The notes: generated from the letters alone by a model not told the origin. 64,000 nt of DNA from Vulcanimicrobiota bacterium (GCA_963695225.1 OY968762.1:576001-640000), one strand, 5' to 3'. Counted from the first letter of the stretch, positions 1-11,101 are shown. Numbers and translations are program-made.

Positions 1-1
1 C

Positions 2-286
2 GGCGAGCAGATCGACGTCGAACCGGGCGCCTGGCTCTGGAAGGACAGCAACGTCCGCATGGACACGATCTCCGTCCTCCAATCGGGCGGCGGCGGCGGC
101 TTCCTCGGCGCGCTCGGCGCGCTGGTCGGCGGCGCGTCGATCATGATGAACCGGCTGACCGGCCCCGGCCGCGTAGGCTTCCAATCGATGACCTATCACG
201 AACCGGCCGCGGAAGGCGCGCAGCAAGCCGGCGGTCAGAGCAACGTCGGGAACGTCTTGGGCTCGCTCTTCAACCCGAAGCAGTAG
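2..286 (+). CDS. AIM24/TIGR00266-family protein, C-terminal part (5' end outside window)
   Basis: Frame is open from base 2: GEQIDVEPGAWLWKDSNVRM...RLTGPGRVGFQSM resembles AIM24 C-terminal motifs. Confidence 0.65.
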   Translation, partial: GEQIDVEPGAWLWKDSNVRMDTISVLQSGGGGGFLGALGALVGGASIMMNRLTGPGRVGFQSMTYHEPAAEGAQQAGGQSNVGNVLGSLFNPKQ

Positions 287-292
287 TTCCGC

Positions 293-835
293 TCATCCCG
301 CGGCGAGGGCGGCAAGTCTGCGGACGGTGTTCCAGTTGCGGCCGGTGCCGCGAACGCCGAGCGTCTTCTCGAGCAGCACGTGCGTGAGACGTGAGGCGCC
401 GATTCCGTCCGGGTAGACGATGTATGCATGCTTGCCCTCGCCGCGAACGATCTCGCGACCCTGCACCGCTCCCTGCAAAGCCTCGAGCCGCCCGGCTTGC
501 GGCGCATCTTTGAGGAGCACCAGCTGGAGGCGGCTCGGATCGGACTCGGATTCGGCGCGGAACGGGTTGGCGGCGATCAGTTGCTCCCATTCCCGCTGCG
601 TCCGCACGAACGCATCGGTACGAAGGCCGAGCCGCTTCTCCGCCTCTTCTTCAAGCAGACGTTCGAGGCGGGCGCCGCAACGTTCGCCGGCGCGAAAAAC
701 GAGGTTCCCGCTCTGGATCAGCGAGCGCGGCTCGCGGAAACCTGCGCCGGAGAGCATATCCCGCAGCGCCGCCATCCCGACGTTCGCGTGCCCGCCGACG
801 TTGACGCTTCGCAAGAGCGCAACGTAGACCGTCAC
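293..835 (-). CDS. DUF1697 family protein
   Basis: YVALLRSVNVGG, IQSGNLVF and C-terminal TGRNWNTV motifs. Confidence 0.85.
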   Translation of the reverse strand: MTVYVALLRSVNVGGHANVGMAALRDMLSGAGFREPRSLIQSGNLVFRAGERCGARLERLLEEEAEKRLGLRTDAFVRTQREWEQLIAANPFRAESESDPSRLQLVLLKDAPQAGRLEALQGAVQGREIVRGEGKHAYIVYPDGIGASRLTHVLLEKTLGVRGTGRNWNTVRRLAALAAG

Positions 836-841
836 GGGAGG

Positions 842-1210
842 CTATGAAGCGTAGCTGAGGTTGACGCTGAAGCCGGCGGCCTCGGCGCGTTCGACGACGG
901 CGAGGACGTTCTCGATCTCCTCGTCGACGCTGACGATCTCGGGCGCCGAGATCCCGACAGGTGAAGCGTGCTCCCAGAGTACGCGACGCGCGGTCTGGAG
1001 CGCAGAGCGCAGGCGCTGCGGGGTCACTTCCAGGACGGACCAATCGTCGTTCGAGACCGGCGGAACGATCCGCCAGCCGTGCCCGGCGAACTCTTCTTCA
1101 TCGACGAACGCGTTCGGGATCGCCGCCAAGACGTCGAGCGATTCCCGGTCGACGGCGCGCAACGGGAGATCCATATCGGACAGCCGCACGACGTAACGAA
1201 AGAAGGGCAT
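842..1210 (-). CDS. Hypothetical protein
   Basis: Protein-like composition, packed 6 nt from DUF1697; start chosen at MPFFRY (ORF extends to 1261). Confidence 0.55.
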   Translation of the reverse strand: MPFFRYVVRLSDMDLPLRAVDRESLDVLAAIPNAFVDEEEFAGHGWRIVPPVSNDDWSVLEVTPQRLRSALQTARRVLWEHASPVGISAPEIVSVDEEIENVLAVVERAEAAGFSVNLSYAS

Positions 1211-1350
1211 GCTCCCGACGCTGTAGGTTCCGGCCGGCGAACCCACGCTGACATGAATCATTACTCCGACGTTCGTGCGGCCGGGCGGCCTCCCTCTTCA
1301 CTCTTCTCTCGCTGAGAGAGCCTAGCCGCGCTTACCCCGGCGCGGCTACC

Positions 1351-2445
1351 TCAGCGGTCGAGCGCGAACGGGATATCGAGTTCAGATGCGAGCCGCTCGA
1401 GACCGGTCCAAACTTTCACGTGGATCGGAACGCCGTTCGCGCGGTTCGCGAGGGTCTTCTCGTATTCGATCTCGCCGGCGACGTAGATGCGGTCCTGGCC
1501 CGGAGCCTTCTCCGAATCCTTGAACTCGCGCAGTTCGCGGTCCATATCCCGTTTGAAGGCGTCGAGCTCGCGGAAGCCGTCGACTTTGATCGCTCCGAAG
1601 AAATGCGAGATCTTTCCCTTTTGCGGCCCGTCCGACGGCAGCGGGAGATCCGTGCCGAACGCGCCGCCGGAGAGCACGCCGCACAGCACGTCGGCGAGCA
1701 AACCGAGGCCGTAGCCCTTGTGCCCGCTATTCTCGATGCCGTAGCCGCCGAGCGGGAGCAGCGCGCCCCTCATCGCCGCAGCCGGATCGAGCGTCTCGTT
1801 TCCGTGCTCGTCGATCGCCCAGCCGGGGTTGAGCGGCTTGGACTTGCGCTGGTAGACCTCGAGCTTCCCGCGCGGCACCGTCGTCGTCGCGAAGTCGAGG
1901 ACGAACGCGGGCTCCTTATTCGTTGGGATCGCGTAGGCGAACGGGTTCGTTCCGAGCATGATCGCCTTGCCGTATGTGGGCGCGCCGTAGCGCACGGAAT
2001 TCGTCGACGAAATGCCGATGAGCCCGTGCTCGAGCGCGAGCATCGCGTAGTAACCCGCGATGCCGTAGTGATTCGAGTTGCACACCGTGCCGAACGCGAC
2101 GCCCGCCGATTTCGCCTTTTCGATCACCGCGTCCATCGCGCGCCGTCCGGCGGGGTGTCCGAGCCCGTTGTCCGCATCCAGCGCGATCGACGTCGCCGTT
2201 TCGCGCAGAACCTTGACCGCGGGTTTCGGGTTCATCATTCCGTTGCGCAATCGGCTCACGTAGTACGAGTCGAGCCTGGCGAGCCCGTGCGATTCGACGC
2301 CGCGCAAATCCGCCGCGACGAGCACGTCCGCGACGATTGCCGCGTCGGCCGGCGCGACGCCGCATTTCGAGAGGACGTCCGTCACGAACGCTTTGAGCTT
2401 CGGTTCCGTCGAGAGGCGGTATTCGCTGGTTACGATATCGGACAC
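1351..2445 (-). CDS. Ldh_2-family (type 2 malate/L-lactate dehydrogenase-like) oxidoreductase
   Basis: ADLRGVESHG, SNHYGIAGYY, GTNPFAYAIP, LDFATT, HKGYGL motifs. Confidence 0.9.
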   Translation of the reverse strand: MSDIVTSEYRLSTEPKLKAFVTDVLSKCGVAPADAAIVADVLVAADLRGVESHGLARLDSYYVSRLRNGMMNPKPAVKVLRETATSIALDADNGLGHPAGRRAMDAVIEKAKSAGVAFGTVCNSNHYGIAGYYAMLALEHGLIGISSTNSVRYGAPTYGKAIMLGTNPFAYAIPTNKEPAFVLDFATTTVPRGKLEVYQRKSKPLNPGWAIDEHGNETLDPAAAMRGALLPLGGYGIENSGHKGYGLGLLADVLCGVLSGGAFGTDLPLPSDGPQKGKISHFFGAIKVDGFRELDAFKRDMDRELREFKDSEKAPGQDRIYVAGEIEYEKTLANRANGVPIHVKVWTGLERLASELDIPFALDR

Positions 2446-2527
2446 GGTTCCTCCAAGGATCTTTCAGCTACGCTCGTTCGCACTTCCGCCCTGCGTTCGG
2501 ACAACCTTTGCGGAGGAAGCAGCCGTT

Positions 2528-3427
2528 CTACAGCGTCTCGACACGCGCTCCGTGGCTCGCGATCGCAAGCCGGCGCACGTCGCTGTCGATGCCCTCGCGT
2601 GCGAACGCGTCGCGCATCGCGCGACCGATCGATTCGTCGTTCGCGTTGACGAGCGCGAGCACGCTCGGCCCGGCACCCGAGAGCGTGATCGAAAGCAAGC
2701 CGGGCAAATCGAAAGCGAGCATCGCCTCGAAGCCCGGCACGAGCGGCATCCGGTACGGCTGGTGGATGCGGTCCCGCGTCGCCTCGCGCAGGCCCGAAAA
2801 CGTCCCGCTCGCGAGCGATGCCGCGAGGAGCGCCGCGCGCTGCACGTTGAACACCACGTCGGCGCGCGCGTACGTCGCCGGGAGGAGGGCGCGCGCCGCG
2901 GCGGTCGGGAGCACGATCTGCGGCGTGACGACGACGGCTCGCAAGCCCGGCGGCGGCTCGAAGCGAAGATATTGCGGCGGCGAGCCGTCCGGTTGGGCTG
3001 CGACGACGACGCCGCCGAGCAACGCCGGCAGCGCGTTGTCCGGGTGCCCTTCGAGCGTGCAGACCATCTGCGCGAGCACCGCGGGGGTCGGACGGTCCAC
3101 GGCGAGTTCGGCTCCGATCATCACGCCGAGGACGGCTCCGGCTGCGCTCGCGCCGAGCCCTTTGCCGAGCGGTATGTCGTTTTGGAGCTGGAGCGAGACG
3201 TTCGGCCGCGCGCCCGGGCCGAGGACGAGCTCGATCCCGCGCAGGACCTCCGATTCGAAACCAGGGTTCGTCGGTCGCGCCGCGCCGCCGTCGATCGTGA
3301 AGCTGAACGTCTCGGCGGGCCGGACGCTCGCCCGGACGTCGAGGTCGAGCGCAAGGCCGATCGCATCGAACCCGGGGCCGAGATTCGCGCTCGAGGCCGG
3401 GACGCTGACGCTGAATGCGCTACGCAT
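2528..3427 (-). CDS. thrB: Homoserine kinase
   Basis: PASSANLGPGFD, PLGKGLGASAA (GHMP motif), EGHPDN, SGAGP. Confidence 0.95.
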   Translation of the reverse strand: MRSAFSVSVPASSANLGPGFDAIGLALDLDVRASVRPAETFSFTIDGGAARPTNPGFESEVLRGIELVLGPGARPNVSLQLQNDIPLGKGLGASAAGAVLGVMIGAELAVDRPTPAVLAQMVCTLEGHPDNALPALLGGVVVAAQPDGSPPQYLRFEPPPGLRAVVVTPQIVLPTAAARALLPATYARADVVFNVQRAALLAASLASGTFSGLREATRDRIHQPYRMPLVPGFEAMLAFDLPGLLSITLSGAGPSVLALVNANDESIGRAMRDAFAREGIDSDVRRLAIASHGARVETL

Positions 3428-4679
3428 GGGCGGCAGCCGAGCGCTCGAGCAGCGCGTGCAGGGCGCCGTCGTCGGGCACGTCGACGATGTGGTTCGCGTA
3501 CTTCGCGCCGGAGGCGTGATAGCGCGCCGCGTACGCGCCGTCCTTGAGGACGTGCCCGGTCAACACGAGGACGACGTCGTCGTCCGCGCCGATCGTCCCG
3601 GCCTCGCGCAGCCGCCGCAGCCCGGCGAGCGAGGCCGCGGAGGCCGGCTCGCACCCGACGCCGTCGCGGCCGATCACGGCCCGCGCATCCGCGATCTCGT
3701 CGTCGCTCACGTCGAGCACGCCGCCGCCGCTCGCGCGGACTTCCGCGAGCGCTTTCTTCCACGAGGCCGGAGCGCCGATCTTGATCGCGGTCGCGGTCGT
3801 TTCGGCGCGGACCGGGACGAGCGGCTCGCCCGTCCGGAAGGCGCGCGCGAACGGCGCGGCGCCCGCCGCTTGCACGACGCCGAGGCGCGGGACGCGATCG
3901 ATCAGGCCGAGCGCGTGGGCTTCGCGCAGCCCCTTCCCGAACGCGCTCGTGTTTCCGAGGTTTCCGCCCGGGAGCACGATCCAATCGGGAGCGCGCCAAT
4001 CGCGCGCCTCGAGGAGCGCGAACGCGGCGCACTTCTGCCCTTCGACGCGGTAGGGGTTGACGCTGTTCACGATCGCGACCCGGGCAGGATCGAGCGAGCG
4101 CACGACTTCGAGGGCGCGATCGAAATCGCCGTCGATCGTCGCTACGGTCGCGCCGTAATCGAGCGTTTGCGCCATCTTCGCTTCGCTCACGCCGACCCGC
4201 GGCACGAGGACGATCGCGGCGAGCCCGGCACGGGCGGAGTAGGCCGCCATCGAGGCGGCCGTGTTCCCCGTGCTCGCGCAGACGGCGAGGCGCGCGCCGC
4301 GTTCCTTCGCGCGCGAGATCGCGACCGTCATCCCCGCGTCCTTGAAGCTGGCGGTCGGATTCATGCCGAGGTGCAGGTAGGCGACCCGGCGGACGCCGCC
4401 GTAATCGGCGCCGTCGCGCGCGCCGAACAGCGGAATCGCATTCTCGCGCAGCGTCACCACGGAACCCGCCGCCACCGGCGGGAGCACTTCCCGAAAGCGC
4501 CACACGCCGCTGAGATCGAGCGGATCGTTCGAGCGGCGCCGCTCGCTCCAGCGCTCGCGCAAGAGCGGCCCCTCGTCCGCGGAGAACGATGGGCGGAAGG
4601 CGGCGAGCCCGCCGCAGGCTTCGCACGTGATGGCATCCTCGGCGAGCGAGGCGCCGCATTCGCTACAGACCAATTCCAC
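3420..4679 (-). CDS. thrC: Threonine synthase with N-terminal CxxC...CxxC
   Basis: NPTASFKD (PLP lysine), CASTGNT, PGGNLGN, CEPASAA; overlaps thrB. Confidence 0.92.
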   Translation of the reverse strand: MELVCSECGASLAEDAITCEACGGLAAFRPSFSADEGPLLRERWSERRRSNDPLDLSGVWRFREVLPPVAAGSVVTLRENAIPLFGARDGADYGGVRRVAYLHLGMNPTASFKDAGMTVAISRAKERGARLAVCASTGNTAASMAAYSARAGLAAIVLVPRVGVSEAKMAQTLDYGATVATIDGDFDRALEVVRSLDPARVAIVNSVNPYRVEGQKCAAFALLEARDWRAPDWIVLPGGNLGNTSAFGKGLREAHALGLIDRVPRLGVVQAAGAAPFARAFRTGEPLVPVRAETTATAIKIGAPASWKKALAEVRASGGGVLDVSDDEIADARAVIGRDGVGCEPASAASLAGLRRLREAGTIGADDDVVLVLTGHVLKDGAYAARYHASGAKYANHIVDVPDDGALHALLERSAAAHA

Positions 4680-4692
4680 GTTGAGGTTCTTT

Positions 4693-6372
4693 CTAGCGCG
4701 GGCGCGTGATGGCGCCGTCGGCCGCCGACGTCACGAGCGAGACGTACTTCGCCATCACGCCGCTCGTGTAGCGGGGAGCGGGGGCGGTCCAGACGGCGCG
4801 GCGCGCGGCGAGTTCGGCCTCGTCGAGCGCCACGTCGAGCCGGCGCTTCTCGATGTCGATCGTGATGACGTCGCCGTCCCGAACGAGCGCGATAGGGCCG
4901 CCGGCGGCGGCTTCCGGAGCCGCGTGCCCGATCATGAGGCCGCGCGTACCGCCGGAAAAGCGCCCGTCGGTCACGAGCGCGACCGACTCGCCGAGCCCGG
5001 CGCCCACGATCGCGCCGGTCACGCCGAGCATCTCGCGCATGCCGGGGCCGCCCTTCGGGCCCTCGTAGCGAATCACGACGACGTCGCCGGGCAAGATGCG
5101 CCCCTCCGAGACGGCGCTCATCGCATCTTCTTCCCGCTCGAAGATCCGCGCCGGACCCTGGTGGAACGAACGCTCGTGCCCGGCGATCTTCACGACCGCA
5201 CCCTCGGGTGCGAGCGAGCCGCGCAGGATGACGAGGCCGCCGCTCGGCTTGAACGGCTGCGCCGCATGCGCGATCACGACCTGCCCCGGCGTCTCGACCG
5301 CATTCGCGGTCGCTTGCGCGAGCGACTGGCCCGTGACCGTCTGCGCGCCCGCGTGCACGAGGTTCGCCTCGACCATGCGCTTGGCGATCAACTGGATGCC
5401 GCCGGCACGATCGACGTCGAGCGCGACATATTTTCCGCCGGGTCGCAGATCGGCGATGATCGGCGTGCGCGCGCTGATGCGGTCGAAATCTTCGAGCTCG
5501 AGCGGGACGCCGGCTTCGCGCGCCATGGCGATCAGATGCAAGACGCTGTTCGTCGAGCCGCCCGTCCCGGCGGCCGCGGCGATGCCGTTCTCGAACGCTT
5601 CGCGCGTGAGCAGATCGCGCGGCAGGACGCCCCGCCGCAACAGGTCCATGACGAGCTTGCCGGCCTCGTAGCCGACTCGATCCTTGCGCGGATCGGTCGC
5701 GCCCGGGCTCGCGCTTCCGGCCGGGGAAATGCCGAGGAATTCGAAGACGGTGGCCATCGTGTTCGCGGTGTACTGCCCGCCGCAGGCGCCTGGGCCTGGG
5801 ATCGCGTGCTCCTCGATCGCCTGCAGGCGCGCATCGTCGATCTTCCCGGCATTGCGCGCGCCGATCGCTTCGTAGATGTCGACGATCGTGAGATCTTCGC
5901 CGTCGAGTTTGCCGGGCGCGATCGAGCCGCCGTACACGATCAGCGACGGAACGTTCAGCCGGATCAAACCCATCGCCGCGCCGGGCGCCGTCTTGTCGCA
6001 CGCGACGAGCGCGATCATCGCATCGAACATGTGGCCGCGCCCGACGAGTTCGATCGAGTCGGCGATCACCTCACGGCTGACGAGCGAGGCCTTCATCCCC
6101 TCGGTTCCCATCGTTACGCCGTCGGAGATCGCGATCGTGTTGAACTCCATCGGGGTTCCGCCCGCATCGCGAACGCCGCGCTTGACGTGCTCGGCGAGTT
6201 TGCGCAGATTCAGATTGCACGGCATCGTCTCGATCCACGTGTTCGCGATTCCGACGATCGGCTTGCGAAGGTCCTCGCTGCTGAATCCGACCGCCCGGTA
6301 CATTGCGCGGGCGGCGGCGCGATCGCGCCCCTCGGTGATGACGGCGCTATGCGCCTTGATATCGTAGCTCAC
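4693..6372 (-). CDS. ilvD: Dihydroxy-acid dehydratase
   Basis: [42 protein letters not shown]; start may be 6372 or 6381. Confidence 0.95.
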   Translation of the reverse strand: MSYDIKAHSAVITEGRDRAAARAMYRAVGFSSEDLRKPIVGIANTWIETMPCNLNLRKLAEHVKRGVRDAGGTPMEFNTIAISDGVTMGTEGMKASLVSREVIADSIELVGRGHMFDAMIALVACDKTAPGAAMGLIRLNVPSLIVYGGSIAPGKLDGEDLTIVDIYEAIGARNAGKIDDARLQAIEEHAIPGPGACGGQYTANTMATVFEFLGISPAGSASPGATDPRKDRVGYEAGKLVMDLLRRGVLPRDLLTREAFENGIAAAAGTGGSTNSVLHLIAMAREAGVPLELEDFDRISARTPIIADLRPGGKYVALDVDRAGGIQLIAKRMVEANLVHAGAQTVTGQSLAQATANAVETPGQVVIAHAAQPFKPSGGLVILRGSLAPEGAVVKIAGHERSFHQGPARIFEREEDAMSAVSEGRILPGDVVVIRYEGPKGGPGMREMLGVTGAIVGAGLGESVALVTDGRFSGGTRGLMIGHAAPEAAAGGPIALVRDGDVITIDIEKRRLDVALDEAELAARRAVWTAPAPRYTSGVMAKYVSLVTSAADGAITRPR

Positions 6373-6441
6373 TTGGCACATTGCGAGCGCGGCGCTCGCC
6401 TGTCCTGCCGCGCCGGGCCGCTTCGCGCGGTGTTGGCGCCG

Positions 6442-7164
6442 TCAAAGGCTGAGCCGGTGCGCCTCGACTCGATCGGAGAGGCGCGCGTACCAGCGCACGA
6501 GCATCGCGTAACGCACGCAATCGAAGTAAACGAACGTCAGCAGAACCAGCGGGAGCGTTACGACGAGCGAGGCGGGGAGGCGCACCCACGCGACGACCGC
6601 CGCGAGATACGCGGCGCCGAGCGGGATCATCAAGAGCACGACGGAGCCCGTGCAGACGGCGAACGTCGAGAAGAACCGATCCTTCGTCATCTGGAACGAA
6701 CGGCGGAACGCTTCGAAGTCTCCCCCGAGGACCGCGCCGATCGTCACCTGCGACCAGAGGACGGCGATGACGACGCCCGGGAGCACGAAGGCGAGGAGCC
6801 CGAGTTCGGTCGTTAGCGCGACAGCGGCGATCGAGCTGAGCATGACGGCGAACCGGCCCGGCGTCAGGCGGAACGACGGGTCCAGACGGCGGAGCGCGGA
6901 GGGCATGATGAAAAAAATCGAGACGAGCGCGAGGATCATCAACGAGCGGATGCCGTAGCTGTTGATCAACGCCGCGACCATCGCTTCGGGGGTCGCTTCC
7001 AGCGGGATCATAGCCCGCAGGCCGGTGCCGGTCGCGACGCCGCAGACGACGGCGAATGCGGCGTACACCTTCCAGCGCTCCTGCAGCAGCCGCAAGCCTT
7101 CTCCGAAGAGATCCAGGATCGAGCTGTCTTCCGACCAGCGGGCGGAAAACGTACCAAGCGCCAT
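6442..7164 (-). CDS. Hypothetical multi-pass membrane protein
   Basis: Several hydrophobic segments; GGAGG-like SD upstream. Confidence 0.7.
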   Translation of the reverse strand: MALGTFSARWSEDSSILDLFGEGLRLLQERWKVYAAFAVVCGVATGTGLRAMIPLEATPEAMVAALINSYGIRSLMILALVSIFFIMPSALRRLDPSFRLTPGRFAVMLSSIAAVALTTELGLLAFVLPGVVIAVLWSQVTIGAVLGGDFEAFRRSFQMTKDRFFSTFAVCTGSVVLLMIPLGAAYLAAVVAWVRLPASLVVTLPLVLLTFVYFDCVRYAMLVRWYARLSDRVEAHRLSL

Positions 7165-7293
7165 GGGAGGCCTCCCGATGAGTGACGTCTCCTCCGGTAT
7201 ATCGGCTCGAGAAGGGCCGCACTAAAGGGGGCGTGTATGGCCGCTTGCCTTGCCCGGCGGGGGATCGCCGGGCTGCAGGGAAACTCCCCGTAC

Positions 7294-8007
7294 ATGGAGA
7301 CCGTCACGCCGCGTTCGAAACGGCGGCACACCGAGGTGCTGGAGCACTTGCTCGGGCGCATCGTTTCGGGGGAGCTTCGGCCGGGGACGATCCTGCCCAC
7401 CGAGCCCGAGTTCGCGCATCAGCTCGGCGTTTCGCGAGCCGTCTTGCGCGAAGCGCTCAGCGCGCTCGCCGCGAAGGGCCTAGTCGAGTCGCGCCGGGGA
7501 TCCGGCACGCGGGTCGCCCCCGCCGAAAGCTGGAACCAATTCGACGCCGCAATCCTCGACGCTCGGCGCAGAAGCGGCGCGATGGAGAGCGTCCTCGCGG
7601 ACCTGATCGAAGCCCGGCTCATCGTCGAGTGCGAAGTCGCCGCACTCGCCGCGTTACGTTTGACGGAAGCCCACCGCCGCTCCCTGGATTTCGAGCTCGC
7701 GAAGATGCGCGACAACCTCGAACGCCCGGCGGTCTACGCCGCCGCAGACGCGGAGTTTCATCGCACCCTGCTGCTCGCCGCCGACAACGCGGTGCTGTTG
7801 CGCATGGTCGAACCGATCCGGACGCTGATCGCCTACGCCCAATCGCTGACCGACACGACCAGGCCCGAACAGCGCCGAGCGCTCGGCGAGCACGAGGCTA
7901 TCGCGGACGCGATCGCGCGGCGGGATTCCGATACCGCGCGCCGGATCATGAAGCTCCACCTCATCAACACCGAGGATGACCTTCGTCGCATTCTGAAGGC
8001 ACGTTGA
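7294..8007 (+). CDS. GntR/FadR-family regulator (GlcC/LldR-like)
   Basis: LPTEPEFAHQLGVSRAVLREAL wHTH plus FCD domain (DAEFH...EHEAI); overlaps glcD. Confidence 0.9.
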   Translation: METVTPRSKRRHTEVLEHLLGRIVSGELRPGTILPTEPEFAHQLGVSRAVLREALSALAAKGLVESRRGSGTRVAPAESWNQFDAAILDARRRSGAMESVLADLIEARLIVECEVAALAALRLTEAHRRSLDFELAKMRDNLERPAVYAAADAEFHRTLLLAADNAVLLRMVEPIRTLIAYAQSLTDTTRPEQRRALGEHEAIADAIARRDSDTARRIMKLHLINTEDDLRRILKAR

Positions 8008-9416
8008 TTACTCCCGAACTCCTCTCCCGGCTCAGGGCGATCGTCCCCGACGCGCGAAGCGTCCTGACCGACCCCGAAGACCTGCTCGCGTACGGTTTCG
8101 ACGGGACCTGGTACGAGTGCGCGCCCCTCGCCGTGGTCCTGCCGGAGACTGCGCAACAGGTCGCGCAACTCCACCGGCTCGCGACGAGCGAACGCATCCC
8201 GCTGACGCCGCGCGCGATGGGGAGCGGGCTCTCCGGCGGCTCGATTCCGCTCGGCGGAAGCATCGTCCTCAACGTCGTGCGCATGAATCGCATCCTCGAA
8301 ATCGACGAGGCCAACCAGTGCGCCGTCGTCGAGCCGGGCGTGATCACAGCCGATCTGCAGCGCGCCGTCGAGGCGAAGGGGCTCTTCTATCCGCCCGATC
8401 CCTCGAGCCTGCGCCAATCCGCGCTCGGCGGGAACGTCGCGGAGAACGCAGGCGGCGCGCGCTGCCTAAAATACGGCGTGACGCGCGATTACGTCGCCGC
8501 GCTCGAGGTCGTGCTGCCGACGGGCGAGATCATCCGCACCGGCGGCAAGATGGTCAAGAACGTCACGGGATACGATCTGCGCGGGCTCTTTACCGGAGCC
8601 GAAGGGACGCTCGGGACGATCACGCAGATCACCGTCCGCCTCCTTTCGAAGCCGAAGTTTTCGGCGACCGCGACCGCCGCGTTCGCGCACATCGAGGATG
8701 CGGCGCGCGCCGTGACGGCGATCGTCGCAAGCGGGATCCTGCCCACGTCGATCGAGCTGATGGATCGCCTGACGATGGAGTGCGTCGAAGCGAGCACACC
8801 CTCGGGCTTACCGGTCGAAAGCGAAGCGCTGCTGCTCTTCGCCGTCGACGGCAACTACGAATCGATCGTCGCGAGCGAACTCGACGAGATCGCCGCGCTC
8901 GCGCGGACCGCCGGCGCGACGGACGTGTGCGTCGCGCGGTCGGCGGAGGAAAGCGCGCGCCTTTGGAACGCGCGCCGTTCGATTTCCCCCGCGCTCGCGC
9001 GGCGCCGCCCGAACAAGCTCGGCGAGGACGTCTCGGTCCCCCGTTCGGAGATCGTCGCGATGGTGCGCGCGATTCGTGAGATCTCCGCTCGGCACGACCT
9101 TCTCATTCCCGTCTTCGGGCATGCGGGCGACGGGAATCTCCACCCGAACATCTTGTGCGACCGGCGCGACGAGGCGGAGATGGCGCGCGTCCGCCTGGCC
9201 GCGCGCGAGATATTCGAAGCCGCCCTCGCGCTCGGCGGGACCCTCTCCGGAGAGCACGGGATCGGTTTGCTCAAGAAGCAGTTCCTCGAACTCGATCTCG
9301 GCCCCGACGTGCTCCGCTTGATGCGCCGCATCAAGGATGCGGTCGATCCGGCGGGGATCATGAACCCGGGGAAGATCTTCCCGGATCCGGGCGGAGCCGA
9401 TGCGTTTCGCCTCTAA
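8004..9416 (+). CDS. glcD: Glycolate/D-lactate oxidase FAD-linked subunit
   Basis: YPPDPSS, GGNVAENAGG, KNVTGYDL, GHAGDGNLH, SGEHGIG, MNPGK. Confidence 0.88.
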   Translation: MITPELLSRLRAIVPDARSVLTDPEDLLAYGFDGTWYECAPLAVVLPETAQQVAQLHRLATSERIPLTPRAMGSGLSGGSIPLGGSIVLNVVRMNRILEIDEANQCAVVEPGVITADLQRAVEAKGLFYPPDPSSLRQSALGGNVAENAGGARCLKYGVTRDYVAALEVVLPTGEIIRTGGKMVKNVTGYDLRGLFTGAEGTLGTITQITVRLLSKPKFSATATAAFAHIEDAARAVTAIVASGILPTSIELMDRLTMECVEASTPSGLPVESEALLLFAVDGNYESIVASELDEIAALARTAGATDVCVARSAEESARLWNARRSISPALARRRPNKLGEDVSVPRSEIVAMVRAIREISARHDLLIPVFGHAGDGNLHPNILCDRRDEAEMARVRLAAREIFEAALALGGTLSGEHGIGLLKKQFLELDLGPDVLRLMRRIKDAVDPAGIMNPGKIFPDPGGADAFRL

Positions 9417-9428
9417 ACTCCCGACGCG

Positions 9429-10763
9429 ATGAGCGAACCCGGCGAACGCAAGCGCGGCTTCAGCGGAACCGACGTCCCCTCCGAAAGCGTCTACAATCAA
9501 TGCGTCCGGTGCGGGCTCTGCCTTCCCACGTGCCCGACGTACCTCGAGACGCTCGTCGAGACGTCGAGTCCGCGCGGGCGCATCGCGCTGATCAAGGCGG
9601 TCGGCGAAGGGCGGCTCGATCTGTTGAGCCCCGGCTTCGTTCATCAGATGTCCGAATGCCTCGATTGCCGCGCCTGCGAAGCGGTCTGCCCTTCGGGCGT
9701 CGCCTACGGGCAACTCCTCGAAGCCGCGCGCACCCAGATCGAGCGGGCGCAGGCGCCCACGCAGCCGGCGGCCCGCAAACTCGCGCGCGGTTTTGCACTC
9801 GGCGCGCTGTTCCGCAATCTCGGCCTGATGCGCTTCGCGGCATGGTGGCTGCGCTTCTACCAGCGCTCCGGTCTACAGGCGTTCGCGCGCAACTCCGGGA
9901 TCCTGCGGATGCTCCGTCTCGAGAAGCTCGAAGCGCTCGCGCCGCGCATTTCAGACCGCTTCTTCCTCCCGGACGGTCAACTTTGGAGAGCGACGACCCC
10001 GCAACGCAAGCTGACGGCGTTCATGCATGCCGGTTGCGTGATGCACGTGGCGTTCGCCGAGGTCGACGAAGCGACGGTGCGCGTCTTACGGCGCTCGGGG
10101 TGCGACGTCGTCGCGCCCGCAGACCAGGGGTGTTGCGGGGCGATCGCCGTGCACGCGGGGGATCTCGATCTCGGCCGCGAGCTGGCGAAACGGAACATTC
10201 TCGCGTTCGAACGCTCCGGGGCCGACGTCTACGCGATCAACGCGGCCGGCTGCGGTTCCTCGCTCAAGGAATACGGGCATCTCTTTGCCGAGGATCCGCG
10301 CTGGGGCCCGCGCGGGGCGGCCTTCTCCGCGAAGGTTCGGGACGTCACGGAACTGCTCGACGAGCTCGGGCTCGACCGGACGGGGCTCGGCCGCATCGAT
10401 GCGGTCGTCACGTATCAAGAACCGTGCCACCTGGCGCACGCCCAGCGCATCGCGGGCGCTCCGCGCCGTCTGCTCGCACAAATCCCGGGCCTCGTCATGC
10501 GCGAAATGGAAGAGAGCTCGCTTTGCTGCGGCAGCGCAGGGATCTACAACGTCACGCAGCCCGAGATGGCCGAGGATCTCGGCGCGCGGAAGGTCCGCAA
10601 CATCCTCGCCGTCGATCCCGCGCTCGTCGCAACCGCCAACCCGGGCTGCCAGCTGCAGATCTCGGCCGGCATCGTGAAGGCGGGGAAGACGATTCCCGTC
10701 AAGCACATCGTGCAACTCATCGACGAATCGTATGCGGCGGGAGCCCGCTCGAGCGCGCGCTAG
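9429..10763 (+). CDS. glcF: Glycolate oxidase Fe-S subunit
   Basis: Two CxxCxxCxxxCP motifs and two CCG domains (CCGA, CCGSAG, ANPGC). Confidence 0.88.
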   Translation: MSEPGERKRGFSGTDVPSESVYNQCVRCGLCLPTCPTYLETLVETSSPRGRIALIKAVGEGRLDLLSPGFVHQMSECLDCRACEAVCPSGVAYGQLLEAARTQIERAQAPTQPAARKLARGFALGALFRNLGLMRFAAWWLRFYQRSGLQAFARNSGILRMLRLEKLEALAPRISDRFFLPDGQLWRATTPQRKLTAFMHAGCVMHVAFAEVDEATVRVLRRSGCDVVAPADQGCCGAIAVHAGDLDLGRELAKRNILAFERSGADVYAINAAGCGSSLKEYGHLFAEDPRWGPRGAAFSAKVRDVTELLDELGLDRTGLGRIDAVVTYQEPCHLAHAQRIAGAPRRLLAQIPGLVMREMEESSLCCGSAGIYNVTQPEMAEDLGARKVRNILAVDPALVATANPGCQLQISAGIVKAGKTIPVKHIVQLIDESYAAGARSSAR

Positions 10764-11101
10764 CCTTCGAACTCCCGCCACTCCACGATCGCGCCGTTGC
10801 GGAACCAGACGAGCGCGCAACCCGCGTGCTCGACCCAACCGCCGCCTTCGGTCTGGATGCCGAAGCTGTAGAGTACCGCCGCGCGATCGCCCTCGACGAT
10901 CGTTTCGCGCGGCCAGAAGCGCCAGCGCGGCCCATCCCGGAAGAAGCGCGTGAAGTGAGCGAGGATGTCTTGGCGCCCAACGAGCGGATCGCGCTTGGCC
11001 TCTCGGTAGGTTGCGCCCGGAGCGAAGTGCGCCACCGCGCGCAGCGCATCCCCCGAATCCCACGCGACGAAGAGCCCGTCGAGCGCTTCCCGGAGCGTCA
11101 C
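10760..11101 (-). CDS. NTF2/SnoaL-like protein
   Basis: AWDSGD...HFAPGATY...GRQDILAHF...VEGDRAAV...FRNGAIVEWREF; start set at GTG 11101 because the longer ORF enters the tRNA. Confidence 0.75.
   Translation of the reverse strand: MTLREALDGLFVAWDSGDALRAVAHFAPGATYREAKRDPLVGRQDILAHFTRFFRDGPRWRFWPRETIVEGDRAAVLYSFGIQTEGGGWVEHAGCALVWFRNGAIVEWREFEG

Noticed and set aside
2508..6816. Long plus-strand ORFs (733 and 729 aa)
   Set aside because: Antisense to thrB, thrC and ilvD, with no recognisable motifs
7294..10763. glcD-glcF without glcE
   Set aside because: The two-gene arrangement is known in other bacteria such as Bacillus
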